A stretch of DNA of 64,000 nt, taken from positions 209,393 through 273,392 of the forward strand of contig CAVWNS010000003.1 of NCBI GenBank assembly GCA_963756495.1, read 5' to 3'. The notes beneath the pieces were generated by a model, which was not told the DNA's origin, did not search any database, and worked only from the letters and a program-made list of their open reading frames with translations. Both the position numbers and the translations under genes were made by a program. The DNA comes from an uncultured Pseudomonadota bacterium (GTDB lineage: Bacteria > Pseudomonadota > Alphaproteobacteria > Acetobacterales > Acetobacteraceae). How positions within the stretch are numbered: position 1 is the first letter of the stretch; every line of letters starts with the position of its first letter. Shown one piece after another: positions 38,677-46,999 of the stretch.

Positions 38677-39746
38677 ATGGGCGCGGCAGTGACGGTGACG
38701 CGTACGGAGCACACGGCGGCTGGCCTTCGTGAGATCGCGGGCAAATGCCGCGACGGCGCGCAGGTCCGCCGGCTGCTGGCGATGGCGATGATTCTGGAGG
38801 GCTATCCGCGCGCCGAGGCGGCGGAGCGGAACGGCATGGACCGGCAAACGCTTCGCGACTGGGTGCATCGCTACAATCGGGACGGGGTGGACGGGCTGAC
38901 GTCGCGCCGCGGCCCAGGCCCCGCGCCGGTCCTGACCAAGGAGCAAATGGCGGAGCTGAGGGAGCTGGTCGTCAAGGGGCCGGATCTGGAAAAGCACAAG
39001 GTGGTGCGCTGGCGGTGCCTGGATTTGCGCGAAGAGGTTGCGCGCCGCTTCAGTGTGACGGTGCATGAGAGCACCATCGGCAAGTGGTTGCGCCGGCTCG
39101 ACCTGACCCGGCTGCAGCCGCGGCCGTTCCATCCGAAGAAGGACGCCGCGGCCGAGGCGGCGTTTAAAAAAACTTTGCCAGTCTGGTGAAGGAGGCGCTG
39201 CCCGCTTCCGCGGCTGACAAGCCAGTCGAGATTTGGTTTCAGGACGAAGCACGGGTCGGCCAGAAGGGCGGCCACGCTTACATTTGGGCGCCGATCGGCT
39301 CGCGGCCGTTGATGGTCCGCGATAACCGCCACGACTCCGCCTACCTGTTTGGCGCGATTTGCCCGAACCGCGCCGTCGGCGCCGCAATCATCATGCCGGG
39401 CGTCAATGCCGAGGCCATGACCGAGCACCTGGCCGAAATTAGCACCCAGGTCGCACCCGGCGCTCACGCCGTGCTGGTCTGCGACAGCGCCGGATGGCAT
39501 CAGCGGGGCGTCCGTCTCGGCGTGCCCGACAACATCACACTCCTGCCGCTGCCGCCGTACTCCCCGGAACTGAACCCGATGGAGAACGTCTGGCAATACC
39601 TCCGCGCTAACCGGCTGTGCGCCCTGGTGTGGGACGGCTACGACGCCATCGTCGAGGCGTGCCGGACCGCCTGGCATTTCTTCGTCAACGACCCTGACCG
39701 CATCAGCTCCGTCGGCGCAAGGGAGTGGGCGTGTGTCACTCTCTAG
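38677..39746 (+). CDS. IS630 family transposase, orfA-orfB joined by a -1 frameshift
   Basis: orfA (38677-39189) carries the HTH and orfB (to 39746) carries the DDE domain (WFQDEARVGQKG.., ..VCDSAGWH.., ..LPPYSPELNPMENVW). A -1 slip on the A7 run gives ..AAFKKNFASLVKEALP.., a typical family junction. Confidence 0.8.
39166..39172 (+). promoter_or_regulatory. A7 slippery run for the transposase -1 frameshift (translational or transcriptional slippage)
   Basis: The zero frame reads ttt aaa aaa act. The -1 frame is closed by TAA just before the run and open after it. Confidence 0.6.
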
Positions 39747-39815
39747 GCGGGTTGGTATTAGACCTCCATCGCTTGACCCGGAAAGCATGGATCCGCTCCG
39801 ACTTCCCGCAGCTAT

Positions 39816-41573
39816 TCAGGACGGCAATTCCTGTTTCCTCACGGCGACTTTCGCCAGCGGCGAGGTGATGTCGGCAAAGGTGATGTCGTGCAGCGACGTC
39901 ACCACGTCGATCACCGTGGGCTGGCGCGAGCCGATGGCCTCGCGGATCGCCGGGCTGAGCTGCTCCGGGTCGCTCACCCGTATGCCGCCACAACCCATGG
40001 CGCGGGCAATGGCGGCGAAGTCGAAGTCGCGGAACTCGGCCGCGAAGGGACCGCCACCGTGCAGCACCCAGCCCAGCGCGCTGTTGTTGAACACCACGGT
40101 GACGATCGGGATGTCCTGCTCCAGCGCCGTCATCATGCCGTTCATCGTCATGCCGAAGCCGCCATCGCCGCATACCGCCACCACTGGCCGGTCCGGATGC
40201 ACCAGCTTCGCGCCAAGCGCTGCGGGAATGGCGAAGCCCATGGGCCCGGACCCGGCCGCCTGCAGGAAACCGCCGGCGCGTTGCACCTGATACAGGTGTG
40301 TCATCAGGATACGGTTCTCGCCCGCATCGCAGGTGACGATCGCCTCCGGCGGCAGGTTGCGGCGCAGCTCCCCGATGATGCGCTGCGGATGGATCGGCAC
40401 GCCGGGCGCGGCATAGGCCGGCTGATCGAAATAGCCGTGCTTCGTCCGGTGCGCCGAGACCCGCGCGACGCCCGCCCGATTGCGGTCATCGTCGCGCACC
40501 GCATCCGCCATCGCCGTGCCAAGCTGCCGCAACACCAGCGCCGCGTCGCCGATCAGTACGTGCTCGGCGGGGAAGCTCCACGAGGCATTGCGCGGCTCGA
40601 CATCGATCTGCACGAAAACCTGTCGTGCCGGGTTGAGCAGGTCCGGATTTTCTCGCGCCGTGTCGGAGGCGCCGAGCTTGGAGCCGACGACCAGCACCAG
40701 ATCGGCCTCGGCCACCGCCGCGTTGGCACCGGCCAGGCCGAACGTGCCGAACACGCCGAGCGCCAGCGGATGGGTCTCGGCGAACACGCCCTTTCCGGAC
40801 GCGGTGGTCACCACGGGCGCACCGAGCACCTCGGCCAGCCGCTCCAGCAACTCGTACGCCTGTGCGATGCGAACACCGTTGCCCGCGATGATCACCGGCC
40901 GTTGCGCCGCCGCGATGGCGCGCCCCGCCCGTGACACGAGCGACGGCTCGGCGCCGGCCGGTTCGGGCGGCACATACAGAGACGTGGCATAGAGCCGCGG
41001 CTCCGACTGCGCATCCACCGTGCCGGAGAGCGAGGCGAGGCTGTAAATGACTGCGACGGGTCCCGGCTCGCCGGCTAGCGCGTGCTTGATCGCGAGTTGC
41101 GTCGCCTGCACCGCCGAGGCAGGCTCGAGCGCCTGGAACACCTGCTTGGTCACGCCCCGAAAGGCGGTGCGCGCGTCCCAGGCGCCGTAATCGCCGGTGC
41201 CGGACTGGTACGGACCGTGCAGCGAGAGATTTAACGGATCGCTGAAATCGGTGAGCAGCAGCATCGGCGAGCTGGACAGATGCGCCTCCAGCGTGCCGAG
41301 AAGGCCATTGCCCAGGACCCATGGACCTTGCCCGATCAAGACACCCGGCTTGCGCTTCAGCCTGCCATAGACCTCCGCCATCACACCGCCCAGGCTCTCC
41401 TCTCGTACCAACACAGTACGGATCGCGTTCTGCTGTTTTTCCAGCCCACGGAAGATGCGGCCGGTATGGCCACCGGAGATACCGAACACCATGTCAATGC
41501 CGGCTTCCCGCAGCACACGCGCGACCAGATCGGCAGCACCAGCCTCCTCATTCAACAGTCGCTCGGCGGTCAT
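39816..41573 (-). CDS. Thiamine pyrophosphate-dependent enzyme (acetolactate synthase large subunit-like family)
   Basis: 585 aa with an N-terminal Pyr domain (VFGISGGHTG), a middle domain and the C-terminal TPP motif GDGGFGMTMNG...NNS. Confidence 0.85.
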   Translation of the reverse strand: MTAERLLNEEAGAADLVARVLREAGIDMVFGISGGHTGRIFRGLEKQQNAIRTVLVREESLGGVMAEVYGRLKRKPGVLIGQGPWVLGNGLLGTLEAHLSSSPMLLLTDFSDPLNLSLHGPYQSGTGDYGAWDARTAFRGVTKQVFQALEPASAVQATQLAIKHALAGEPGPVAVIYSLASLSGTVDAQSEPRLYATSLYVPPEPAGAEPSLVSRAGRAIAAAQRPVIIAGNGVRIAQAYELLERLAEVLGAPVVTTASGKGVFAETHPLALGVFGTFGLAGANAAVAEADLVLVVGSKLGASDTARENPDLLNPARQVFVQIDVEPRNASWSFPAEHVLIGDAALVLRQLGTAMADAVRDDDRNRAGVARVSAHRTKHGYFDQPAYAAPGVPIHPQRIIGELRRNLPPEAIVTCDAGENRILMTHLYQVQRAGGFLQAAGSGPMGFAIPAALGAKLVHPDRPVVAVCGDGGFGMTMNGMMTALEQDIPIVTVVFNNSALGWVLHGGGPFAAEFRDFDFAAIARAMGCGGIRVSDPEQLSPAIREAIGSRQPTVIDVVTSLHDITFADITSPLAKVAVRKQELPS

Positions 41574-41641
41574 CGCCCTATCCCCTTTTCAGTGTCTCAG
41601 CGCCCGGAAGGCCGGCACCATATCTGCCGCTACGTCCAACG

Positions 41642-42457
41642 CTACCGCAGCAGGCCGCCATCGATCGGAATGACCGTGCCGGTCACGTAGTCCGACAGGT
41701 CGGTGGTCAGGAACTCCACCACCCGTGCGCAATCCTCGACCGTGCCGACGCGGCGGAGCGCGACACGCGCGGCCGGATCGGAGTTGGCCCTGGAACTGCC
41801 GGGGATGACGGTCTGCATGATCCGACCGGTCGCGATAGTGCCGGGCGCGATGCAATTGGCGGTGATGCCATGCGGGCCGAGATCCTGGGCGAGGTATCGC
41901 GTATAGTGTGCGATGGCCGCCTTGGCCGCGCCATAATGCGCGTAGCCGCCATCCGTCGATGGGCTGATCCCGGCGACGGAGCTGACCGTGACGATCTTGC
42001 CATGACCCTGCTGCTTCATGATCGGCGCCACGGCGTTGCAGCAGTAGATCGTGCCGTAAAGGTTCATGTGTAGGACCAGATCCAGCAATGCCGGATCGAG
42101 CGTACTGGCCTTCGTATCCATCGGCCTGCCGCGGCCGCCGCCGGCATTGGCAACCAGAATGTCCGCCCGCCCCCACGCCTTCACCACCTGCGCGACCATC
42201 GCTTCGACGGCCTCCCGGTCGGCCACGTCCAGCTCAAAACCCAATGCGGTGCCGCCACTCGCCGCGATCTCCGCGACCGTGCTGTCGCCGGTCATATCGC
42301 GGCGCTCGGCCTCGAATTCCTCATACGATTTCAGGTCGAGGTCGGTGACCGCGACCTTTGCGCCCAATCCGGCAAGACGGTGCGCGTAGGCGCGGCCAAG
42401 CCCTCGCGCGGCACCCGTGACGATCGCAACCTTGCCGTCGAGCTTGCCCATACCCAT
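41642..42457 (-). CDS. SDR family oxidoreductase
   Basis: 271 aa from ATG 42457. Contains TGAARGLG, ANAG and YGAAKAA. It lies upstream of, and on the same strand as, the TPP enzyme. Confidence 0.9.
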   Translation of the reverse strand: MGMGKLDGKVAIVTGAARGLGRAYAHRLAGLGAKVAVTDLDLKSYEEFEAERRDMTGDSTVAEIAASGGTALGFELDVADREAVEAMVAQVVKAWGRADILVANAGGGRGRPMDTKASTLDPALLDLVLHMNLYGTIYCCNAVAPIMKQQGHGKIVTVSSVAGISPSTDGGYAHYGAAKAAIAHYTRYLAQDLGPHGITANCIAPGTIATGRIMQTVIPGSSRANSDPAARVALRRVGTVEDCARVVEFLTTDLSDYVTGTVIPIDGGLLR

Positions 42458-42631
42458 TGCCCTCACGGATCGATTCCGTGCGCGATCTCTGCCCGGCGCC
42501 GCGATCCAAACCAGTACCCTACTTCTGCGCCCGATCATGCGTAAACTGCGCATCCGTGAGCGCGGGCGCCTGACCACCCCTGGAAGCCGACCGGCGTCGG
42601 GCGCATGTTTGGGGGCATTAGGAGGCGACTC

Positions 42632-43324
42632 ATGCAAGACAGCGACCCCGCGCCGGGAACCAGGATCGATGTCGTCTCCGACGCGATCTGTCCGTGGTGC
42701 TACATCGGCAAGCGCCAGTTGGAGCGGGCGCTGGCGTTGCTGGACGCAGAGGATTTGCGCTTCGCGGTGCGCTGGAACCCCTTCCAGCTCAATCCCGACA
42801 TGCCGAGGGAGGGTCGCGACCGCACCGCCTATCGTGCGACAAAGTTCGGCAGCGCCGAGCGCGCGGCGACGCTGGACGCGCAGGTGGCCGAGGCGGCGCG
42901 CTCGGTCGGCCTGGCGTTCCGCCTGGACCTGATGGCGCGCACGCCCAATACGCTGGACGCTCATCGGCTGATCTGGCTAGCCGGGCAGCAGGGGGTACAG
43001 GACTATGCGATGGAGGCGGTGTTCGCCGCCTACTTCACCCAGGGGCGCAATATCGGCGATCACGCGGTCCTGGCCGACTGTGCGACGGCGGCGGGGCTGG
43101 ACAGGACGAGTGTGCTGGATTTCCTGACCGGCGAGCGGATCACCGCCGAGATGCAGGCCGCCGACCGCGCGGCGCGCGAGGCCGGGGTGAACGGCGTGCC
43201 GTCCTTCTTCCTCGACGGCTACGGGCTATTCTCGGGTGCGGTGCCGGCCGAGCAGATGGCGGCCGCGCTGAGGCGAGGACGCACGATCCTGCAACAGCGC
43301 GCGGTGGAGCCCAGCGCCGCCTGA
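42632..43324 (+). CDS. DsbA-family (FrnE-like) thiol oxidoreductase
   Basis: TAGGAGG precedes ATG 42632. Contains DAICPWCYIGKRQLE (CPWC). Confidence 0.85.
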   Translation: MQDSDPAPGTRIDVVSDAICPWCYIGKRQLERALALLDAEDLRFAVRWNPFQLNPDMPREGRDRTAYRATKFGSAERAATLDAQVAEAARSVGLAFRLDLMARTPNTLDAHRLIWLAGQQGVQDYAMEAVFAAYFTQGRNIGDHAVLADCATAAGLDRTSVLDFLTGERITAEMQAADRAAREAGVNGVPSFFLDGYGLFSGAVPAEQMAAALRRGRTILQQRAVEPSAA

Positions 43325-43333
43325 AATCCCCTG

Positions 43334-43795
43334 TCAGGTGGCGGCGCTCGGCTCCTCTTTGCCGCCGCGGCCCTCGACCTGGTTGCGGATCGACTCCAGG
43401 CCATTGCGCAACCCCTCGCTGACCTGCTCGGGCGCCGGCGCCTGGTGGTTGTCGGATCCCGGCGGGTTCCCGCGCAGCGAGATATGAACGGTGACGCTCG
43501 CCGCCCCGTCGCCGCTGTCGCGGACCCGCATCCAGCCCGAGTAGTACCCCTCGTCCGCCCCCCATTCGAGCCGCTTGGTGGCGGGGTCGGGCCGGAGATA
43601 GCCGTCCGAGTTGTAGCGATGACCCTGCGCCTCGCCTTGGACACGCACGCGGTCCTTGCCCTGGCTCTGCGCGCTCTTCGTGGTGGGCAGATACTTCGGC
43701 AGGTTGCCGACATCGCTGACGAACGCGAAGATTCGATCCGCCTTCGCCTGCATCGTCAGGCTTTCCTCGTATTCGCCCTTGGGATCTTCGGCCAT
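43334..43795 (-). CDS. SRPBCC family protein
   Basis: GGAGGG precedes ATG 43795. 153 aa containing ADRIFAFVSDVGNLPKYLP. Confidence 0.7.
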   Translation of the reverse strand: MAEDPKGEYEESLTMQAKADRIFAFVSDVGNLPKYLPTTKSAQSQGKDRVRVQGEAQGHRYNSDGYLRPDPATKRLEWGADEGYYSGWMRVRDSGDGAASVTVHISLRGNPPGSDNHQAPAPEQVSEGLRNGLESIRNQVEGRGGKEEPSAAT

Positions 43796-43821
43796 CGTGC
43801 CCTCCGGTTCGGCGCTGCCTT

Positions 43822-43846
43822 AACGAGGTGCGCCGTGATATGTTCC
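43822..43846 (-). promoter_or_regulatory. EcfG-type general stress promoter, GGAAC-N16-CGTT (minus strand)
   Basis: The plus strand shows AACG (43822-43825), 16 nt, then GTTCC (43842-43846). On the minus strand this reads GGAAC-N16-CGTT, ending 27 nt upstream of the SRPBCC ATG. Confidence 0.6.
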
Positions 43847-44016
43847 GCGACAGTTGCGCCACAGATCGGTGTGGACGTGGGATGCGATCCGTTGCATCGC
43901 GCGCCTCAGGGAGAATGCGATTCTCCGTCCTCACTCAGAACGGACGCATTTCTTCCCTCGCTTGCACCCGACCCGTGGCAGGTCTAGTCGCGCCACGGAA
44001 CCAGGAGAGCAAACGA

Positions 44017-45309
44017 ATGACCTCACAGCATCTGGAGACGCTCGCGCTCCACGCCGGGTGGCGGCGCGACGAGGCGACGACGGCGGTGGCCGTGCCGATC
44101 TACCAGACCACGTCCTTCCAGTTCGACAGCGCCGAGCACGCGGCGAACCTGTTCGGGCTAAAGACGCTCGGCAATATCTACAGCCGCATCATGAACCCCA
44201 CCTGCGATGCGTTCGAGAAGCGCATCGCAGCCGTGGAAGGCGGGGTGGCGGCGCTGGCGCTTGCCTCGGGGCAGGCGGCGTCGGGGATGTGCGTGCAGAA
44301 TCTGGCGCGGGCGGGCGACAACATCGTCTCCGCCACCGACCTCTATGGCGGCACCTGGAATCTGTTCGCCAATACCCTGAAGGACCAGGGCATCGAGGCG
44401 CGCTTCGTCGATCCCACCGACCCGGAGGCGTTCGCGCGCGTCACCGATGAGCGGACGCGGGCCTACTATGCCGAGACGCTGCCCAACCCCAAGCTGATCC
44501 CCTTCCCGATCGCCGAGGTTGCCGCGATCGGCCGCCGGTTCGGCATCCCGCTCATCATGGACAACACCGCCGCCCCGACGCTGGTGCGCCCGTTCGAGCA
44601 TGGCGCGGCGGTGGTGATGTATTCGGCGACCAAGTACATCGGCGGGCATGGCACCTCGATCGGCGGCGTGGTGATCGACGGCGGGAATTTCGACTGGGCC
44701 GCGCACAAGGATCGCCAGCCGGCGCTGAACACGCCCGATCCCAGCTATCATGGCGCGGTCTGGGCCGAGGCAGCCAAGCCGCTGGGGCCGATCGCCTACA
44801 TCCTGAAGATGCGTGTCACGCTGCTGCGCGATCTGGGCGCGGCGATGAGCCCGTTCAACGCGTTCCTGTTTATCCAGGGGACAGAGACCCTACCGCTGCG
44901 GATGCGCGAGCATTCGCGCAACGGGCGCGCGGTTGCCGAGTTCCTGGCCACGCGCCGCGACGTGGAGCGGGTGATCCACCCCGCCCATCACCTGGGCGTG
45001 GGCGCCGAGCGCACGGCGAAATACATGCCGCGCGATCAGGGCGGGCTCGTGGGCTTCGAATTGGCGGGCGGCGCGTCGGCGGGCGCGCGGTTCATCGACG
45101 CGCTGAAGCTGTTCTATCACGTCGCCAATATCGGCGATGCGCGTAGCTTGGCGATCCATCCGGCGAGCACGACCCATTCCCAGCTTTCCGAGAAGGAACA
45201 GCGCGCGACAGGGGTGACGCCCGGCTATGTGCGCCTGTCCATCGGCATCGAGCACATCGATGATATCGTGGCGGACCTGACACAAGCACTGGATGCCGCG
45301 AAATCCTGA
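44017..45309 (+). CDS. metY: O-acetylhomoserine aminocarboxypropyltransferase (sulfhydrylase)
   Basis: AGGAGAG precedes ATG 44017. 430 aa containing LETLALHAG, the PLP site YSATKYIGGHGTSIGG, and ..ANIGDARSLAIHPASTTHSQL. Confidence 0.85.
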   Translation: MTSQHLETLALHAGWRRDEATTAVAVPIYQTTSFQFDSAEHAANLFGLKTLGNIYSRIMNPTCDAFEKRIAAVEGGVAALALASGQAASGMCVQNLARAGDNIVSATDLYGGTWNLFANTLKDQGIEARFVDPTDPEAFARVTDERTRAYYAETLPNPKLIPFPIAEVAAIGRRFGIPLIMDNTAAPTLVRPFEHGAAVVMYSATKYIGGHGTSIGGVVIDGGNFDWAAHKDRQPALNTPDPSYHGAVWAEAAKPLGPIAYILKMRVTLLRDLGAAMSPFNAFLFIQGTETLPLRMREHSRNGRAVAEFLATRRDVERVIHPAHHLGVGAERTAKYMPRDQGGLVGFELAGGASAGARFIDALKLFYHVANIGDARSLAIHPASTTHSQLSEKEQRATGVTPGYVRLSIGIEHIDDIVADLTQALDAAKS

Positions 45310-45319
45310 CAAAGGAGCC

Positions 45320-45356
45320 GGAGGAGTCCGGACGGGGAACCCGCCCGGACTCCTCC
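45320..45356. terminator. Strong GC-rich hairpin between metY and a convergent micro-ORF (possible bidirectional terminator; no clear U-tract)
   Basis: GGAGGAGTCCGG (45320-45331) pairs with CCGGACTCCTCC (45345-45356), with an inner CGGG/CCCG extension. Confidence 0.45.
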
Positions 45357-45358
45357 CG

Positions 45359-45436
45359 CTACGGTTTGCGAATAATCTTGACCTTGATGGTCAGGATCAC
45401 CACAATGCCGAGCGGAAGCCACGCATGCGTTCTCAT
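45359..45436 (-). CDS. Candidate 25-aa hydrophobic micro-protein
   Basis: GGAGG lies 5 nt before ATG 45436. The peptide is MRTHAWLPLGIVVILTIKVKIIRKP*. Local codons are AT-richer and no family is known to me. Confidence 0.3.
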   Translation of the reverse strand: MRTHAWLPLGIVVILTIKVKIIRKP

Positions 45437-45450
45437 GCCAGCCTCCGTTG

Positions 45451-45489
45451 ACGCCGGCCGGGGGCAATTCTCCGCCGGCGTTTCTTTTT
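45451..45489 (+). terminator. Intrinsic terminator-like hairpin plus U-tract on the plus strand, overlapping the micro-ORF's ribosome-binding region
   Basis: (A)CGCCGGC (45451-45458) pairs with GCCGGCG(T) (45474-45481), followed by TTTCTTTTT (45481-45489). Confidence 0.5.
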
Positions 45490-45572
45490 AGGCAGGCATT
45501 GTTAAGACCTAGTCATTTTCGCGACCTGTCACGCTGAGCCCTCCCGCTTGCAGAGGATCGTTTGGCGGAAGG

Positions 45573-46958
45573 CTACCCGCCGAGTGGCGACCAGGCCGGG
45601 TCGCTGGCGTTGGTCGCGGTCGGGATCGGGCGCTGGTTGAAGCCGGTGATGTCCACCGATATCAAATGCGAGGCGAAGCCCGCCCCGGTGTCGGCGGTCG
45701 CGCGGCTCTGGCTGTGGAACATCAGCACGCGGCCGTTGGGCGCGAAGGTCGGGCCCTCCACATCCCAGCCTTGCGTTAGGATGCGCTCACCGCTGCCGTC
45801 CGGATGCATCACGCCGATATCGAACCCGCCGGTCTCGCCACCGAAGCGGGTGAAGGCGATCAGGTCGCCGCGCGGCGACCATACCGGGGTCGCATAGCGG
45901 CCAGACCCGAAGCTGATGCGTCGGACCGCGCCCCCGCCGGCGCTCATTAGATAAAGCTGCTGATCGCCCCCGCGATCGGAGTTGAAGACGATCTGCGAGC
46001 CGTCCGGGCTGAAGCATGGGCTGACATCGATCGAATCCGAGTGCGTCAGGTTCTGCGCCGCCCGGCTGCCCAGGTCCACCACGACGATGTCCGAGCCGCT
46101 GCCGTGGGCCAGCGACATGATGACCCGTCCACCGTCGGGCGAGAAGCGTGGTGCGAAAGTCATGCCCTCGAAATCGCCGAGCGCGGTCTGGCGGGCATTG
46201 GCAAGGTCCAGCAGGTACACGCGCGGGCGGTTATTCGCGTAGCTCATGAAGGCGAGCTGGTCGCGCACCGGCGAGAAGCGCGGGGTGAGCACCATCCAGG
46301 TGCCTTCAGTCAGGTAGCGCTGGTTGGCGCTGTCCTGGTCCATGATGGCGAGGCGCCGGACTTGGCGCCCGCGCGGGCCGGTCGCGGCGATGTAGGCGAC
46401 GCGGGTGTCGAAATATCCCTTCTCGCCGAGCAGCCGCTCATAGATCACATCGGCGATGATGTGGGCGATGCGCCGCCAGTTGGCGGTGCTGGATGTGTAG
46501 GCGGTGCCCTGAAGCTGGGTCTGCGGCAGCACGTCCCACAGCCGGAACTCCACGCGCATGGTGGCTCCGGAGACCTGCACGGCCCCGGTCACCAGCGCCT
46601 GCGCGCCGATTGCGGCCCAGTTCTGGAAGTTCGGCGCGGCCCCGGCGGAGCCCTGGATGAACGCCGCCTGGCTGATCGGGCGGAACAGGCCGGAATTTCC
46701 GAGATCGGCGCTGACCACCTGCGCGATATTGCGGCCGAGCGCGGCCGAGGCACCATCCGCGCCAATGATGTCGGTGACGGCGATCGGGATCGGCGCAGCA
46801 CGGGCGCGGCTCACGTCAATGACCGCGCTCGGCGCGCCGGCAGAAGGCGCGGCCTGGGCGCCGAGCGGGCGGGCGGCGATCAGCGTCGCCGCCCCGCCGA
46901 CGGCGGCGATCAGACCGCGACGGGGAAGCGAGGAGAGAACTGCGTCACGATGGGACAT
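45573..46958 (-). CDS. tolB: Tol-Pal system beta-propeller protein TolB
   Basis: 461 aa from ATG 46958. A signal peptide is followed by the TolB N-domain and WD-like repeats (..PRFSPDGGRV.., ..PCFSPDGSQIVFNSDRGG.., ..PVWSPRGDLIAF..). Confidence 0.9.
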   Translation of the reverse strand: MSHRDAVLSSLPRRGLIAAVGGAATLIAARPLGAQAAPSAGAPSAVIDVSRARAAPIPIAVTDIIGADGASAALGRNIAQVVSADLGNSGLFRPISQAAFIQGSAGAAPNFQNWAAIGAQALVTGAVQVSGATMRVEFRLWDVLPQTQLQGTAYTSSTANWRRIAHIIADVIYERLLGEKGYFDTRVAYIAATGPRGRQVRRLAIMDQDSANQRYLTEGTWMVLTPRFSPVRDQLAFMSYANNRPRVYLLDLANARQTALGDFEGMTFAPRFSPDGGRVIMSLAHGSGSDIVVVDLGSRAAQNLTHSDSIDVSPCFSPDGSQIVFNSDRGGDQQLYLMSAGGGAVRRISFGSGRYATPVWSPRGDLIAFTRFGGETGGFDIGVMHPDGSGERILTQGWDVEGPTFAPNGRVLMFHSQSRATADTGAGFASHLISVDITGFNQRPIPTATNASDPAWSPLGG

Positions 46959-46999
46959 GTGCGTGCCTGGCGTGCTTGCTGGGGGGAATGGAGGGGCGG

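Larger units (their letters stand above)
38583..39757 (+). mobile_element. Second, unrelated IS630-family element (two-ORF, frameshift type)
   Basis: The imperfect terminal repeats are TACCAAGCCGCCT (from 38583) and AGGCGGGTTGGTA (to 39757). TA lies at 38581-38582 and at 39759-39760, with one odd T between. The boundaries are good to about 2 nt. Confidence 0.7.

Noticed and set aside
31905-39757. Composite transposon formed by the two IS630-family copies
   Set aside because: The two elements differ in terminal repeats, length and ORF architecture (single ORF versus A7-frameshifted orfAB). They are not copies of one IS and cannot act as a composite pair in the usual sense.
43847-44016. SAM-II riboswitch upstream of metY
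   Set aside because: I could not find the conserved AAAGCU / GGCUU pseudoknot core. Only generic hairpins are present, and these are reported as a low-interest finding instead.
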